Assembly: GCA_964016885.1 (NCBI GenBank)
Contig: OZ024748.1
Coordinates: 35,774,001 to 35,838,000 of the forward strand
Length of the DNA stretch: 64,000 bases
Direction: 5' to 3'
Origin: Eledone cirrhosa
Taxonomy: Eukaryota
Both the position numbers and the translations under genes were made by a program. The notes under the pieces are model-generated. The model had not been told where the DNA came from, made no database searches, and worked only from the letters and a program-made list of their open reading frames with translations. Shown in pieces: positions 1 to 16,039 of this stretch (position 1 is its first letter; each line of letters opens with the position of its first letter).

Positions 1-227
1 CGATCTAAAGAACTCTAATTGCATAACAATATAGCTCAGGAGACAACAAACAATATTCTACCATACACACACATACACATAGAGACACACACACATATAT
101 ACACACATACAAACATATATACGCCATACACATGTGTATACGCACAAACACGCATATAAACATATATGCGCACATACACACACATGTATATATACACACA
201 TAAACACACTCATGTATATATATATAT

Positions 228-341
228 ATAACGAAGGAAATGTGGTAAGGAAGCAGATGGACCATAACGCACCAAAGTACTCAATACTGTCCAGAATTAG
301 CCGTCGAAACGGCTTGAGCTCAGCCGTCGGGGTCCTACTCG

Positions 342-345
<4 letters not shown>
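228..345. mobile_element. Short TA-flanked fold-back element (family M), copy 1 of 5
   Basis: ATAACGAAGG..TGTGGTAAGGAA..CAGATGGACCATAACGCACC arm joined to the opposite-orientation AGCCGTCGAAACGGCTTGAGCTC..CCGTCGGGGT segment. Homologs at 3141, 12531, 32447, 45532. Confidence 0.75.
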
Positions 346-399
<54 letters not shown>

Positions 400-664
400 A
401 ACACAAATACACGAGTGTACACATAATGGTAAATGCCCCGAGCAAACGAGGGGTCATCTAGGTGGTAGTTTGTCATGCTAGAAATAGCAACCACATTTCC
501 CTCAATGCTGTCTTTGAAAAAAGGGAAGAGTATATTGGACAATGTAATTCCTGACATACAAAAAGACAGTATGGTCATAGATGGAGCGTCTTTGACCATA
601 GTTGCTGATGCAACGTTGGCTTAGGTTTAAATAACAGCAACAATAGAGTTTAGGGGAGCTTTTT

Positions 665-787
665 ATGATGATGATGACGATGGGGACGAGGATAAGAATG
701 ATGAAGATGATAATAACGATGATGATGGTGATGACAATGATGATGACAATGATGATGATAAGGAAGATGAGACGATGATGATAACGG

Positions 788-819
<32 letters not shown>

Positions 820-1212
820 TTGTTGTGATAATGATAAGGATGATGATAATGATGATGATGGGTTCTCCGTCGGTTTCGAGAATCAACATTCAGTTGTTAG
901 ATCAACAACGACGAGAACAACTACAAGAACAACAACAAGAACAACAACGAGAACAACAACGAGAACAACAACGAGAACAACAACGAGAACAACAACGATA
1001 ACAACAACAACCACAATAACAATGATGATAACAACCACAAAAAGAACAACAACAACAACAACAACAACAACTACAACAATCACAACAAGAACTACAAGAA
1101 CAACAACAACAACGACGACGACAACAACCTAATCAACAACAACAACCACAAGAAGAAGAAGAAGAAGAAGAAGAAGAAGAAGAAGAAGAAGAAGAAGAAG
1201 AAGAAGAAAAAG
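665..1212. repeat. Compound trinucleotide microsatellites (GAT)n/(CAA)n/(GAA)n
   Basis: Direct inspection. Confidence 0.95.
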
Positions 1213-1390
1213 AAATGTTATTATCAGATAAAAGAGATGAAAGAATATGTCTAGAATGTTCCTTGTGAGAAGACCTCAAACAAGACATAAGCCAATAGAT
1301 TGAAGCAATCGTAATATCTCGCTTTAGCTGATTATATCATTATAAAATTCCAGATTATTAAAGTAATCTTGAAAGTGTATATTACAATAC

Positions 1391-1421
<31 letters not shown>

Positions 1422-2149
1422 AGTGGAAGCTTAGTAAAATCGAAGCTTTGGCTGTGGCCAAGCTAACGACCTACAATTAGGAATGAGCAGCAAAGCACTC
1501 AATAAGATAGTAGGCCTTAGAGTAATAACATACGTTTAGACAGCTTGACAAATTGAAGATTGCAGCAGGCAGACCTAACCACACAATACCAAAAAGATCG
1601 AAAAAAATAATCAGGTTAGACAACTGACTTGGACATTTCGAACTGGACATATCGAACGATATTTTGCAATACGTCCGATAGGTTTCTATGAAACCGATAT
1701 CATCCATCCAGCTTACGTAATATGTAAGCCTGTGATATTTTATGATCGAACAGAGGATTCACATCGGCAACAGGAATTTTGTTCTATGCCTCAAGCCGAT
1801 GTGGACTGGAGCACTGAACTGCTATCGTTAGCAGCCCCCAGTGTTTCACTGTCACGTGTTATTTCCAACAAGGGAAGTAATCCCCGGTTTTTGCCGGGTA
1901 AATCCAAAGTGTGAACAATGGGAATCAATTCTGTTCCACATTCCGAATAAAAAGCTCTCGACTAGACGTTATTAAACAAACATAAATAATTAACCAATCA
2001 ATGGAATTGTCTAATTAAATTATTTAATTAATTATTGTCTAGGAGATAATAATACAAGTGGATATATATATATATACACACATATATGTGTGTGTGTGTG
2101 TGTGTGTGTGTCTGTATATATGCACACACACACATATATAAATAGATAG

Positions 2150-2287
<138 letters not shown>

Positions 2288-2323
2288 TACAGAATAATCA
2301 AAACTATGTTCAAAACATTTCAT

Positions 2324-2375
2324 TGCTGACAATCGTTTCTTCCAAACTTTCGTTTGGAATCATCTCATCGGAGCA
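2324..2375 (-). ncRNA. Type I hammerhead ribozyme motif (core CCGATGA)
   Basis: Minus strand: TGCT-CCGATGA-gatga-TTCCAAAC gaaa GTTTGGAA-GAAA-CGATTG-TC-AGCA. Stem I TGCT/AGCA, GUC site, U4C change. Confidence 0.65.
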
Positions 2376-3101
2376 CTACCAAAGTTTAGACATATAATTA
2401 ATCTCCTATTCCACAAAACAATTGTAAAGATACATATATGTTAGTGTTGTCATTAACAGTGTCATATTTAAAGAGTGAAGATGATGTGGTCAGTATCAGT
2501 GGATGCGACAAAGATTATAAAAGAATAATACAACTATTATAGAGGAATTAAAGAAGAAAGTTACTCGCAAAACGAGGACATTAGAAGTACATATGCAAGC
2601 CTATAGAAAAAGTGCAGATGTGTTACGAATGTACAGAAGAACCTGGTAAGAAACAAGCAATATTAGTAAGCATATATATCACAGTATGGCAAAGGTATTA
2701 CATAATACAATACAGGTATAAAATCATTTTAAGCAGACAGAGATGCTTGGGTATGAAAAGCAGTTTCTATGAAGTTTATGGTGGATGTAATGTGATAATT
2801 ATTCCGGTAATGTTCAAATATACATGTGTTGAGAGTTATTAAGGTTTTCGTTTCCATTACATTGGTTATATTTTAGTAAATGTTTATTAGTAGTTATAAC
2901 CGTGGATCGTATATTGGTCCTATTACAACCTTATCAAGGGTTCGAGTTGTTCTGTAAAACATCTAATGTATTTACATTGAGCTATTTTTCTTACTGGTAA
3001 TAAGGTGGTAATGAATTACTGACCTTTCCTGTTTATAATTATATATAGTGTATATATAAGTATAAATAATAATATTATTATTATTATATATATATATTCT
3101 A

Positions 3102-3140
<39 letters not shown>

Positions 3141-3141
<1 letters not shown>

Positions 3142-3330
3142 GGAACGAGTAGGACCCCGACGGCTGAGCTCAAGCCGTTTCGACGGCTAATTCAGTTCAG
3201 AATTAGCCGTCGAAACGGCTTGAACTCAGCCGTCGGGGTCCTACTCGTTCCTATTACCCACTCTACTACCCTAAGTATTGAGTACTTTGGTGCGTTATGG
3301 TCCACCTGGTTCCTTACCACATTTCCTCCG

Positions 3331-3333
<3 letters not shown>
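3141..3333. mobile_element. Family M fold-back element, copy 2
   Basis: ~53 bp inverted arms (3141-3193 / 3200-3253) centred on a short AGTTCA loop; (TA)n on both sides. Confidence 0.8.
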
Positions 3334-3366
<33 letters not shown>

Positions 3367-3372
3367 TAAGAG

Positions 3373-3560
3373 TAATTGTTTCTACTATTGGCACAAGGCC
3401 AGAAATTACCCAGTACATTACTGGTACTTTATTTTATCGACCCCGTAAGGATGAAAGGCAAAGTTAACCTCGGCGGGATTTGAACTCAGAATAGCAAGGG
3501 CCGTAACTCTATGCATCAAAGCATGGCGTCCGACCCTCTACCGATACTGCCAATCCACCG
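3373..3560 (-). mobile_element. tRNA-derived SINE
   Basis: A box TGGCAGTATCGG, B box GAGTTCAAATCC, central GCCTTTCATCCTTACGGGGTCGATAAAATAAAGTACCAG; TSD AAGAGTAAT at 3368 and 3561. Confidence 0.9.
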
Positions 3561-3797
3561 AAGAGTAATGAGTTCTAAACTCAAGCAGTCCTTGACAATG
3601 AAATAGCTCAAAGAAAGAAGTATTTCTGAACCGTGTAATACAAGTTAATATAAATTAATATATATGATAAATCGAGACAGGCAAACTGTATTATTATAAT
3701 TAGTATTTTTCAATCTACCTAACTTAGTCATTTACAATACAAACACTTATATGTTGGTGTTTATGTTTTATCATATATATTAATTTATATTAACTTG

Positions 3798-3841
<44 letters not shown>

Positions 3842-3848
<7 letters not shown>

Positions 3849-4570
3849 ATACTTTGGGAGGGTCATGTTGCCAATAAGAAACACACGCACCAGTTGCTTT
3901 CACTTTAATTTATTATATATTTATAAATTTACAAATTTATAAATTTCTGGTTGGTTGGTTGGTTCCACAACCAGATAGTTGTTTATATATAGTCATAGTC
4001 CTTTCGTCACACTCTGTGACCTCTTCAGAGGCAATAAACATAAAAGAATTACAACCAAAATTAAATAGAAAATATGAGTGGAACAGCAACATCACAACTT
4101 ACAATTAAGGACAAAATGAAAACACACACACACATAGAACAAACAACCAACCAATAACATGTAAATAAATAAATAAATAAACAAATAGATAAATGAACAT
4201 AAACACACACAGACACCCGGATGTGGCGCATGCGCAAACTGAGCACACAACGCACACACAGAAACAAAATGGCGTAGGACAGAGAAAGGAGAGGCACAGA
4301 AACAAAGAAATGAATCCCCAGTCACTGAAGAGGTCACAGAGTGTGTGACGAAAGGACTATGACTATATATAAACAACTATCTGGTTGTGGAACCAACCAA
4401 CCAACCAGAAATTTATAAATTTGTAAATTTATAAATATATAATAAATTGAAGTGAAAGCAACTGGTGCGTGTGTTTCTTATTGGCAACATGACCCTCCCA
4501 AAGTATAACAATATCGGTTTCAACACACGATTTCAGATAAAGAATCTTGCTAAACAAATTCAGAAACGAT
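3842..4570 (+). mobile_element. 5'-truncated Penelope-like element (family A) with inverted pLTR copy
   Basis: 4026-4570 matches 31152-31685 (ORF end + pLTR). 3842-4028 is the reverse complement of 4325-4513. Flanked by (TA)n. Confidence 0.9.
4321..4363 (+). ncRNA. Minimal type I hammerhead ribozyme (family A pLTR)
   Basis: GTCA-CTGAAGA-GGTCACA gagtg TGTGAC-GAAA-GGAC-TA-TGAC; inverted partial copy at 3991-4028. Confidence 0.85.
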
Positions 4571-4590
4571 ATAGATATATATATATATAA

Positions 4591-4712
4591 AGGCGTGTGG
4601 CTGAGTGGTTAGAAAATTGGATTCACAATCTTGAGGTTGTGAGTTCGATTCCTGGACCGGGCGATGCGTTATGTCCTTGAGCAAGACACTTTATTTCACG
4701 TTGCTCCTTCTA
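4591..4712 (+). mobile_element. tRNA-derived SINE fragment (second family)
   Basis: A box TGGCTGAGTGG, B box GAGTTCGATTCC, then GTCCTTGAGCAAGACACTT (V/CORE-type SINE motif). Confidence 0.8.
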
Positions 4713-4818
4713 CCTGGAGTTGCGACCGATAGATAGTACTAGCAACTGGAAAGACCAACGCAAACATTGTTTCCTCGGTCCGATTTGACGAAAGTCGATC
4801 GATCCAAAAATATATGTA

Positions 4819-4875
4819 TTTTATCTGATGAGAGCGTGCCAAAATTTTGGTACCCTTGAAATATATATAATAAAA
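4819..4875 (+). ncRNA. Type I hammerhead ribozyme (family B)
   Basis: TTTTAT-CTGATGA-GAGCGTGCCAA..TTGGTACCCTT-GAAA-TATATA-TA-ATAAAA; downstream flank homologous to 13352-13490. Confidence 0.8.
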
Positions 4876-6110
4876 TAAATATGGTTTTATAAAGATAGTT
4901 TCCATTTATTAATATTATTGATATTATACTCCAGAAGAAACTGTAGAGTGCTTCGAATCTGTTATAAATAAATTTGTTGAATAAACAAACAAATTAAATA
5001 ACTCTTTGTAAATAAATAAATAAATAAATATATATATATATATATATATATACACAGTTATTTTGCGCTTCGTTGGGTTGATGTGAAAGCCTCATCAGAC
5101 GTCTTGTTCCAATATTTCTACATAGTTGAACTAAAGATTGTTCTTTCAGAACTGTACCAGTGTTTACTGTCCACTAGTATAGAGGTTCAAATTCAGAGAA
5201 TAGCGGCCAGGAACCATTAAAACGAGGTTGATAGTTCAGAGTAAGTAGCTAGTGTTGATTATTGTTGTTGTTGTTATTGTTGTTGTTATTGTTACTATTG
5301 TTGTTATTGTTACTATTGTTGTTATTATGTTAAGGTGTGATTGGTTTCAGAGAAATTTGACTGCTTTTTCTAGCCGGTCGAGTGACCACATCCAGCTGGG
5401 CTAGGCAGGGTTGGAGAACCATTCCAGGGGAGAATAGAAAGCGTGGGCGCATCTGTGTAAAGTTTACAAGTTCCTCGAATATAATCACGTGGTAACACTT
5501 AGCAACGTTAATTAAAATGTTTTAATACTTCAGTTATTATTGTAAGAAGATGGAAAATAAGAACATTTCAAGCTAAACACCTACGTCGTTACATTCGACG
5601 GTAACATTTTGAGCTTTACAATTAAACAGATTCTACTTGACGTCACTACAAACTTGTTTGAACAACAACAACTAGAAATAAGAAATATATTTGAAATAAA
5701 AACAGCTGACGCAAGAGCTGCTCTCCTCCAGCACCACCTACCGGGAAATGGCATGAGCTCATTTAATAGTGTGGCAATTATAATATATAGATAGATGCAC
5801 GTGACACACACGTGCCATGGATGCACGTGAAGCACGCACGACAAATCAATGAATATATAGACCTGGAGCCAAAATAAAGTGTGACAATTATACTGGTTTA
5901 TATGTAAACTTATGGAAGGTTGAAAGTATATTAAATCAAGTTTGGGTTTTAAGTCTGACAGTATTTTTGTATATAGATATGGTTTCAGGTTCAGTCCCAC
6001 TGCGTAGCATCTCTCTCTCTCTCTCTCACTTCCCCTCTCCCTCTCTTTCTCTCTCTCTTTCTCTCTATATATATATATATAACAGTAATTTCGCTCTACA
6101 TGGCTGAATA

Positions 6111-6545
6111 CAATAAATGTAATCTGAGTTTTTCGAATATTAATAATAACATTCGATTCATTTGCAATTATGCAAACAAGCCTCAATTTTATAGCCATGT
6201 CAGCAAGAAAGAATGAAGTGTTCATTCTACTGACATGGCTATAAAATTGAGGCTTGTTTGCATAATTGCAAACGAATAGAATGTTATTATTAATATTCGA
6301 AAAGGTGGATTGAATTAATATTGATAAGGTGGATTGGCAGTATCGGTAGAGGGTCGGACGCCATGCTTTCTAGCATAGTTACGTCCCTTTACGATCTGAG
6401 TTCAAATCCCGCCAAGGTTGACTTTGCCTTTCATCCTTACGGGGTCGATAAAATAAAGTACCAGTAATGCACTGGGTAATTGCTGGCCTTGTGCCTAAAG
6501 TAGAAACAATTATTAATATTCGAAAAACTCAGATTAATTTTATTA
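6111..6545. mobile_element. Fold-back element (family H) interrupted by a SINE
   Basis: Inverted arms ~6111-6203 / 6229-6303 + 6513-6545; homologous to 41030-41157. Confidence 0.75.
6328..6512 (+). mobile_element. tRNA-derived SINE
   Basis: Same family as 3373-3560; flanking duplication TATTAATATTCGAAAA. Confidence 0.9.
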
Positions 6546-6569
6546 TATATATATATATATATATATATA

Positions 6570-6863
6570 GTAATAATAATAAATTTGAAGACTAAAATCC
6601 AAAGAGGGCTCGATAAGGATAAATATATATCAAATATATAAGAACCGTAATTGTTTTCACCGCTCCAAATAATGATGTATTATCCTCGTTCCGTTCTTTG
6701 TCAGGAAATGTTTCCACGAACCAAAGTATCGTCTTCCTGTCTTCCTTCGGTTGCAACGTTTTTTGAAATATTTACTTCTGCGTTCACAGATTGACTTTTT
6801 TAGTTTTAGAAGATCCCGTTAAGGGTGAAAGCAGCGATTCTTTGCTTAAACTTTAATCTGTTA

Positions 6864-6872
<9 letters not shown>
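6570..6872. mobile_element. Family J short element with HHR motif at 6802-6852
   Basis: Homologous to 41193-41450 and 43141-43378; AGTTT-TAGAAGA-TCCC gttaa GGGT-GAAAGCA..TGCTT-AAACT. Confidence 0.7.
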
Positions 6873-9518
<2,646 letters not shown>

Positions 9519-9734
9519 ATTTTGTCATTTATTTTGTCTGACCTGTTTAGCTTGACTTGTTTTTTGGCTTAGGTGTTTAATGCCTTCTTGACCGCCTTTT
9601 CAGTTTGTATGGTGTTTATAACCTATGTTTATTGCTCTGGTTTTTTAAACTATGGAGCGCTTGCCAGCATGATTCTGAATTTGCGTTACATTTCGTTTTA
9701 TCTACCCGACGAAATGCTATTCTCGCTGAATTTA

Positions 9735-9780
<46 letters not shown>

Positions 9781-9922
9781 CGGTACTAGCACACTGTGAG
9801 CTTTAGCCACGTCACTCGACGGCGACCGGCTAAGGTAGAGGGTGCAAGATAGCGGTCGCCCCCGGGTCCTCGATTTTCAGCCCCATGGATTTTATCTATT
9901 ACATTCACGTATTATATTTCGA

Positions 9923-9980
9923 ATACCTGATGATATCACCGGATTCATACGGAACCCGGTCATTGAAATGATCATAGTAT
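9923..9980 (+). ncRNA. Type I hammerhead ribozyme (family D)
   Basis: ATAC-CTGATGA-TATCACCGGATTC atacg GAACCCGGTCATT-GAAA-TGATCA-TA-GTAT, inside a ~255 bp island between (TA)n tracts. Confidence 0.8.
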
Positions 9981-10030
9981 AATAAACCTTTCAAGGATTT
10001 ACACAAATCCAGCCTCCTGTCATTTCATTA

Positions 10031-10061
<31 letters not shown>

Positions 10062-10161
10062 TATATGCGTATGTATGTAAAAAGTAAACAGAAATAACAA
10101 AGCAAGCGACACAGTACAATGAGGAAATATCTTAGTTTAATGCTTGAAATGGTAAGTAAAG

Positions 10162-10199
10162 ATCTTAACGTTTCGAACATTAGTCCTTCATCAGAAGAT
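10162..10199 (-). ncRNA. Minimal type I hammerhead ribozyme (family E)
   Basis: Minus: ATCTT-CTGATGA-AGGAC taat GTTC-GAAA-CG-TT-AAGAT; homolog at 25731. Confidence 0.75.
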
Positions 10200-10470
10200 A
10201 GAATGAGAACTAGAAAGATAGATGAGAGTGTGAAGGGGAAAACATGAACTATAAATAAACAGGTATTCAACCTGACCACTGTAAAGGATGAAGTAGCAAG
10301 TTTAACTAGGGCGGAATTTATATCTAAAACCTAAATAATTAAACATCGCAAGGTATTCTTTTACTGCCGATCCACTTGAAATCAATAAAACTGTAATCAT
10401 GTATCGATTGAGACATCTGATTGCGCATAAGAAATCGATTGTTGGCGTCACACCTGTTCTGCCATCTACG

Positions 10471-10592
<122 letters not shown>

Positions 10593-10667
10593 ATATATAT
10601 ATATGCATATATGTGTGTGTATATATATATATATATGTATGTATATATATATATATGCATATATGTG

Positions 10668-10736
<69 letters not shown>

Positions 10737-10767
10737 CACACATATATGCATATATATATATACATAC

Positions 10768-10807
<40 letters not shown>

Positions 10808-10894
10808 GCATATATGTGTGTGTGTATATATATACACATACACGCACACACATAAACATATCTATACACACGATACCAATTAACAGCGCTGCGA

Positions 10895-11587
10895 TCAAAT
10901 GTGGCTTTTTAGCCCAGCCAATGATCTAAAATGTCTTGCACAGAGTCGGCAACCAAAACATTCACTGGGAATAGTCGGTTGTGGTTGGAGTTCGTGTACT
11001 TTTGCATGTCGCTTGAGCCCTCCTGCTGATTTACATTCTCTACCACATGTTTGGCAAGCATGATGAGTAGCATCTCCAACAGCGGCCTGGTAGTCAACCA
11101 CTGGTCTTACTTTATGACTGCGAAGATGACTTTCGAGTCCAACTTTGCTTAGGCAGAGTCTCGCACAGACGCTGCATGTCAGCACTATAGGAGGACCCTC
11201 GCCGTCTGGAAGTGCAACAGCAATGCCCATCCTCACATCCCGCTTTACTCTCTCGTATGCGATTCGAGATGCCTCAAAGGCAACTTTCCCCTCATATACA
11301 GTCTTTCTCCATTTATTACGATCAGCAGCAATATTTTCCCATGTATCAGCAGAGATGTTAGCGTCTTTCAGGGAGGCTTTCAAGGAATCCTTATACCTCT
11401 TTTTTGGTTTATGTGGCGGTCGTTTTCCTTTAACCAACTCTCCATAAAAGAGTTGTTTTGGTATTCTAGAATCCTTCATCCTGGCAAGGTGACCACTCCA
11501 ACGGAGTCGTTGCTTAAGCACAAGAGCTTCTATACTGTCACACATAGAGCTTTCCAAAATCTCGACATCACTGATGTGGTCCCTCCA

Positions 11588-11592
<5 letters not shown>
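10895..11592 (-). mobile_element. RTE-clade LINE 3' fragment with C-terminal C2H2 fingers
   Basis: [55 protein letters not shown] is the typical RTE/BovB C-terminus. Confidence 0.9.
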
Positions 11593-11618
<26 letters not shown>

Positions 11619-11621
11619 CAT

Positions 11622-11717
<96 letters not shown>

Positions 11718-11766
11718 GTATACATATATATATATATATATATATGTATGTATATATATATATGCA

Positions 11767-11881
<115 letters not shown>

Positions 11882-12192
11882 GGAATATCTTGGATCGATA
11901 TCCGAATGGTTAGTGTCAATAGCATCTCATCCACCATATCTAGATTAAGGGCCAAATACTGCAGTAACCCTTCGATATATTGATCTACAGAGGATGGATG
12001 TCGACATTCTGGTGTCTAAAATCCCAGATGAGACTACATCACACCAAGAAACGGAAATTATGGCGGCGATGTTAAACCTCTTTACTGATCACTGACCAAC
12101 CCAAAAATGGCGACTTTAGAAAGTGTCGCACAATGGCGGTGGTGATCTGGGGATAAGTAAATATATATGTATGCACACACACACACACATAG

Positions 12193-12281
<89 letters not shown>

Positions 12282-12342
12282 GCCCGCTCTTCGGATTTTA
12301 GTCTTCACATTTATTATTATTACTATAAATAAATAAATATAT

Positions 12343-12480
12343 ATATGAAAAACAGGAAAAGAATGACTTCACTTGTAGTTCTAAACAAAGTGATTTAATT
12401 TTATAATATTATAATATTATAAAATTAAATCAATTTGTTTAGAACTACAAGTGAAGTCATTCTTTTCCTTTTTTTCAAAT
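12343..12480. repeat. ~65 bp-arm inverted repeat
   Basis: GGAAAAGAATGACTTCACTTGTAGTTCTAAACAAA.. mirrored by ..TTTGTTTAGAACTACAAGTGAAGTCATTCTTTTCC. Confidence 0.85.
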
Positions 12481-12530
12481 ATACCTAACTGTACCAAGGA
12501 TCTCATACATTTTCCAATATCTCTCTATAT

Positions 12531-12627
12531 ATAACGAAGGAGATGTGGTAAGGAACCAGATGGAACACTTTAGTCCAGAAATAGCCGTCGAAACGGCTTG
12601 AGCTCTGCCGTCGGGGTCATACTTTCT

Positions 12628-12630
<3 letters not shown>
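12531..12630. mobile_element. Family M element, copy 3
   Basis: Same two segments as 228-345, in opposite orientations. Confidence 0.75.
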
Positions 12631-12663
<33 letters not shown>

Positions 12664-12695
12664 AAATTGTATATATATATATATATATATTCAAA

Positions 12696-12744
<49 letters not shown>

Positions 12745-12837
12745 CCAAAGATTAGTATGGTTCGTTGATTACTCAACGATTACAATTTTACAATAGATTT
12801 GAAGCACTCAACAGGAAAAGGTTTCCTGGAGTTTTTA

Positions 12838-13205
12838 ATATTATTCAAAATGTTAACAAATGAAAAATATTCTCATAATCAAAATATATACTTTATTATA
12901 TATATTTCAAAGGTACTGTGTTGTTTTTTCAGTACGTCCTCATCAGACAAAATATATGATTTGATATATGACATACCACTACAATCTTGATCAATACTAC
13001 AATAATCTCTGATCAATACTTGATCAATCTCTGCCAATACTGGAATTGAATAATCAAGACTGTAGTGGTATGTCATATATCAAATCATATATTTTGTCTG
13101 ATGAGGACGTACTGAAAAAACAACACAGTACCTTTAAAATATATATAATAAAGTATATATTTTGATTATGAGAATATTTTTCATTTGTTAACATTTTGAA
13201 TAATA
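12838..13205. mobile_element. Fold-back element with two opposed HHR motifs (family B-related)
   Basis: Arms 12838-12990 / 13053-13205. Minus HHR 12892-12951: TTTGT-CTGATGA-GGACGTACTG..CAGTACCTTT-GAAA-TATATA-TA-ATAAA. Plus copy 13093-13152 has GAAA>AAAA. Confidence 0.8.
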
Positions 13206-13290
13206 TATATATATACACTATCCAGTGAACTTCCAACCGATAAGGTATGATTTTCACGGGTACATCTCTATTTATAAAACAAACTTTGTA

Positions 13291-13351
13291 TTTTATCTGA
13301 TGAAAGCGTATCAATGTTGTCTTGGTTGCCCTTGAAATATATATAATAAAA
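13291..13351 (+). ncRNA. Type I hammerhead ribozyme (family B)
   Basis: TTTTAT-CTGATGA-AAGCGTATCAA..TTGGTTGCCCTT-GAAA-TATATA-TA-ATAAAA. Confidence 0.7.
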
Positions 13352-13558
13352 TAAATATGGTTTTATAAATATAGTTTCCATTTATTTAATATCATTGAAT
13401 ATTTACTCCAGTAACTGTTGAGTGCTCTAAATCAGTTATAAACATTTATGTTTGTCGGACTTCCGACAAATTAAATACAACTTCTACTTATATATATATA
13501 TTAAATACCTCTGTTCTTCACACTCTTCCTTCCTTTATCTTTTCTACGGAAATGCATA

Positions 13559-13589
<31 letters not shown>

Positions 13590-13973
13590 CACACTACTTG
13601 GTTTCCAGATGTATATCGGGGAGTGACCACCGTTAAAAAGTTACTCAATACAGCAAAATATAGGCATCTTTATTTTTATTATAGAAATGACTTCTACAGG
13701 ACTAGAACTGTTTCAGAATTAGAGGTGGCAGTGGTTATGGGTGTGATGGTGCTACTTTTACCATTTCAGTTAGATTCTTTAATGGGTAGATAAGAGATAA
13801 AATACAAAGATAAGGAACAGAAATGAAATGGTTTAAGTACCCCCTTCACCAACCACCCCAATTACCATTTTAACAACCTGAAATTCTAACTGTGACGAAG
13901 ATAGAGTTATAGCGAGATAGATAAATAGATAGATAGATAGACAAATGGATAAATAGATATAGAGCAAGTGATG

Positions 13974-14081
<108 letters not shown>

Positions 14082-14399
14082 CACACACACACATATACAT
14101 ATATATATATATATGAGAGAGAGTCAGAGGTAGAGGGAGTGAACGAGAGAAAGAGAGATTGATGATGCAGGTGAGAGAAGACATGCAGGCAGGCAGACTG
14201 GGAAGCCAGTCGTCAATGAGCCAACCAGCCAAGCAAAGCAGCCAGTCACTCTGTCAGCCAGCCAGTCAATCAGTCAGACAGTCAGTCAGCCATACAGCCA
14301 TACAGGCAGTCAGCCATACAGACAGACAGACAGTCAGTAACGCAACATTCAATGTCGAAGTAGTTCTGCAGACAATTCCATCTCTTTGAAGAAGTCGAA

Positions 14400-15200
14400 C
14401 AACCAACAGCAGCAGCAGAACCAACAGCACCACCAGCACCAACACCAACACCTGCAGAACCAACAGCACCAGCAGCAGCAGAACCAACACCAACACCTGC
14501 AGAACCAACAGCACCAGCAGCAGCAGAACCAACACCAACACCTGCAGAACCAACAGCACTAGCAGCAGCAGAACCAACAGCACCAACACCAGCAGCAGCA
14601 GAACCAACATCACCAACACCAGCAGCAGCAGAACCAACAGCACTAGCAGCAGCAGAACCAACAGCACCAACACCAGCAGCAGCAGAACCAACAGCACCAA
14701 CACCAGCAGCAGCAGAACCAACAGTACCAACACCAACACCTGCAGAACCAACAGCACCAACACCAACACCTGCAGAACCAACAGCACCAACACCAGCAGC
14801 AGCAGAACCAACAGCACCAACACCAACACCTGCAGAACCAACAGCACCAGCAGCAGCAGAACCAACAGCACCAACACCAACACCTGCAGAACCAACAGCA
14901 CCAACACCAGCAGCAGCAGAACCAACAACACCAACATCAGCACCAACAGTACCAACAGCACCAACACCAGCACCAGCACCAACATCACCAGCACCAGCAC
15001 CAACATCAGCAGCACCAACACCAGCACCAACATCAGCAGCACCAACACCAGCACCAACATCAGCAGCACCAACGGCACTAGCATCACTACCAACATCAAC
15101 ATCATCATCGCCAACACCAATAGTAACATCAACATCAGCACCATCAGCACCATCAGCACCATCAGCACCACCAGCACCACCATCATCACCACCAGCAACA
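14400..15200. repeat. Degenerate CAG/CAA/CAC triplet repeat with ~27-33 bp higher-order units
   Basis: Recurring GCAGAACCAACAGCACCAACACC units. Confidence 0.9.
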
Positions 15201-15353
15201 CTTCTCTGGCAGAAGAGGCGAACAAGCTACATTTGCAGCAGCGAGAAAAATTGGTTTTTTTCCTTCTTTTTTTCCCGGATTTATTCCGAAATATTTTTAT
15301 CACCGATTTCATCTCATGAGAAATTCTCGGAAAAAAGATATATTATGAATTGA

Positions 15354-15354
<1 letters not shown>

Positions 15355-15384
<30 letters not shown>

Positions 15385-15420
15385 TATACATACATACATA
15401 CATACATACATATACATACA

Positions 15421-15502
<82 letters not shown>

Positions 15503-15540
15503 CATACATACATACATACATACATACATACATACATACA

Positions 15541-15572
<32 letters not shown>

Positions 15573-15590
15573 CATACATACATACATACA

Positions 15591-15626
<36 letters not shown>

Positions 15627-15680
15627 TACATATATATATATACATATATATATACATATATACATACATACATACATACA

Positions 15681-15716
<36 letters not shown>

Positions 15717-15773
15717 CATACATACATATATATATATACATACATACATACACACAGAGAGACATAGACACAG

Positions 15774-15859
<86 letters not shown>

Positions 15860-15976
15860 GGTCCCATCCTCACATCTCCATCTCTCTTTAAATTGTAATA
15901 TACTAAACATATATACATATATAGTATGATATGATATAATATAATATATATATAATATATGTAATATAATATAAGT

Positions 15977-16039
<63 letters not shown>

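Noticed and set aside
2895-2945. Possible minus-strand TTGATAA hammerhead
   Set aside because: No GAAA box and poor stems I/III.
4591-4670. tRNA gene
   Set aside because: A/B boxes run into a SINE core and there is no proper acceptor stem; the same applies to the other SINE heads.
5066-5103. Minus-strand CTGATGA..GAAG motif
   Set aside because: Stems I and II do not form convincingly.
14391-15252. Possible low-complexity exon (Q/H- or T/S/N-rich)
   Set aside because: The Q/H frame has TAG stops and the other frame has a poor donor; unsupported.
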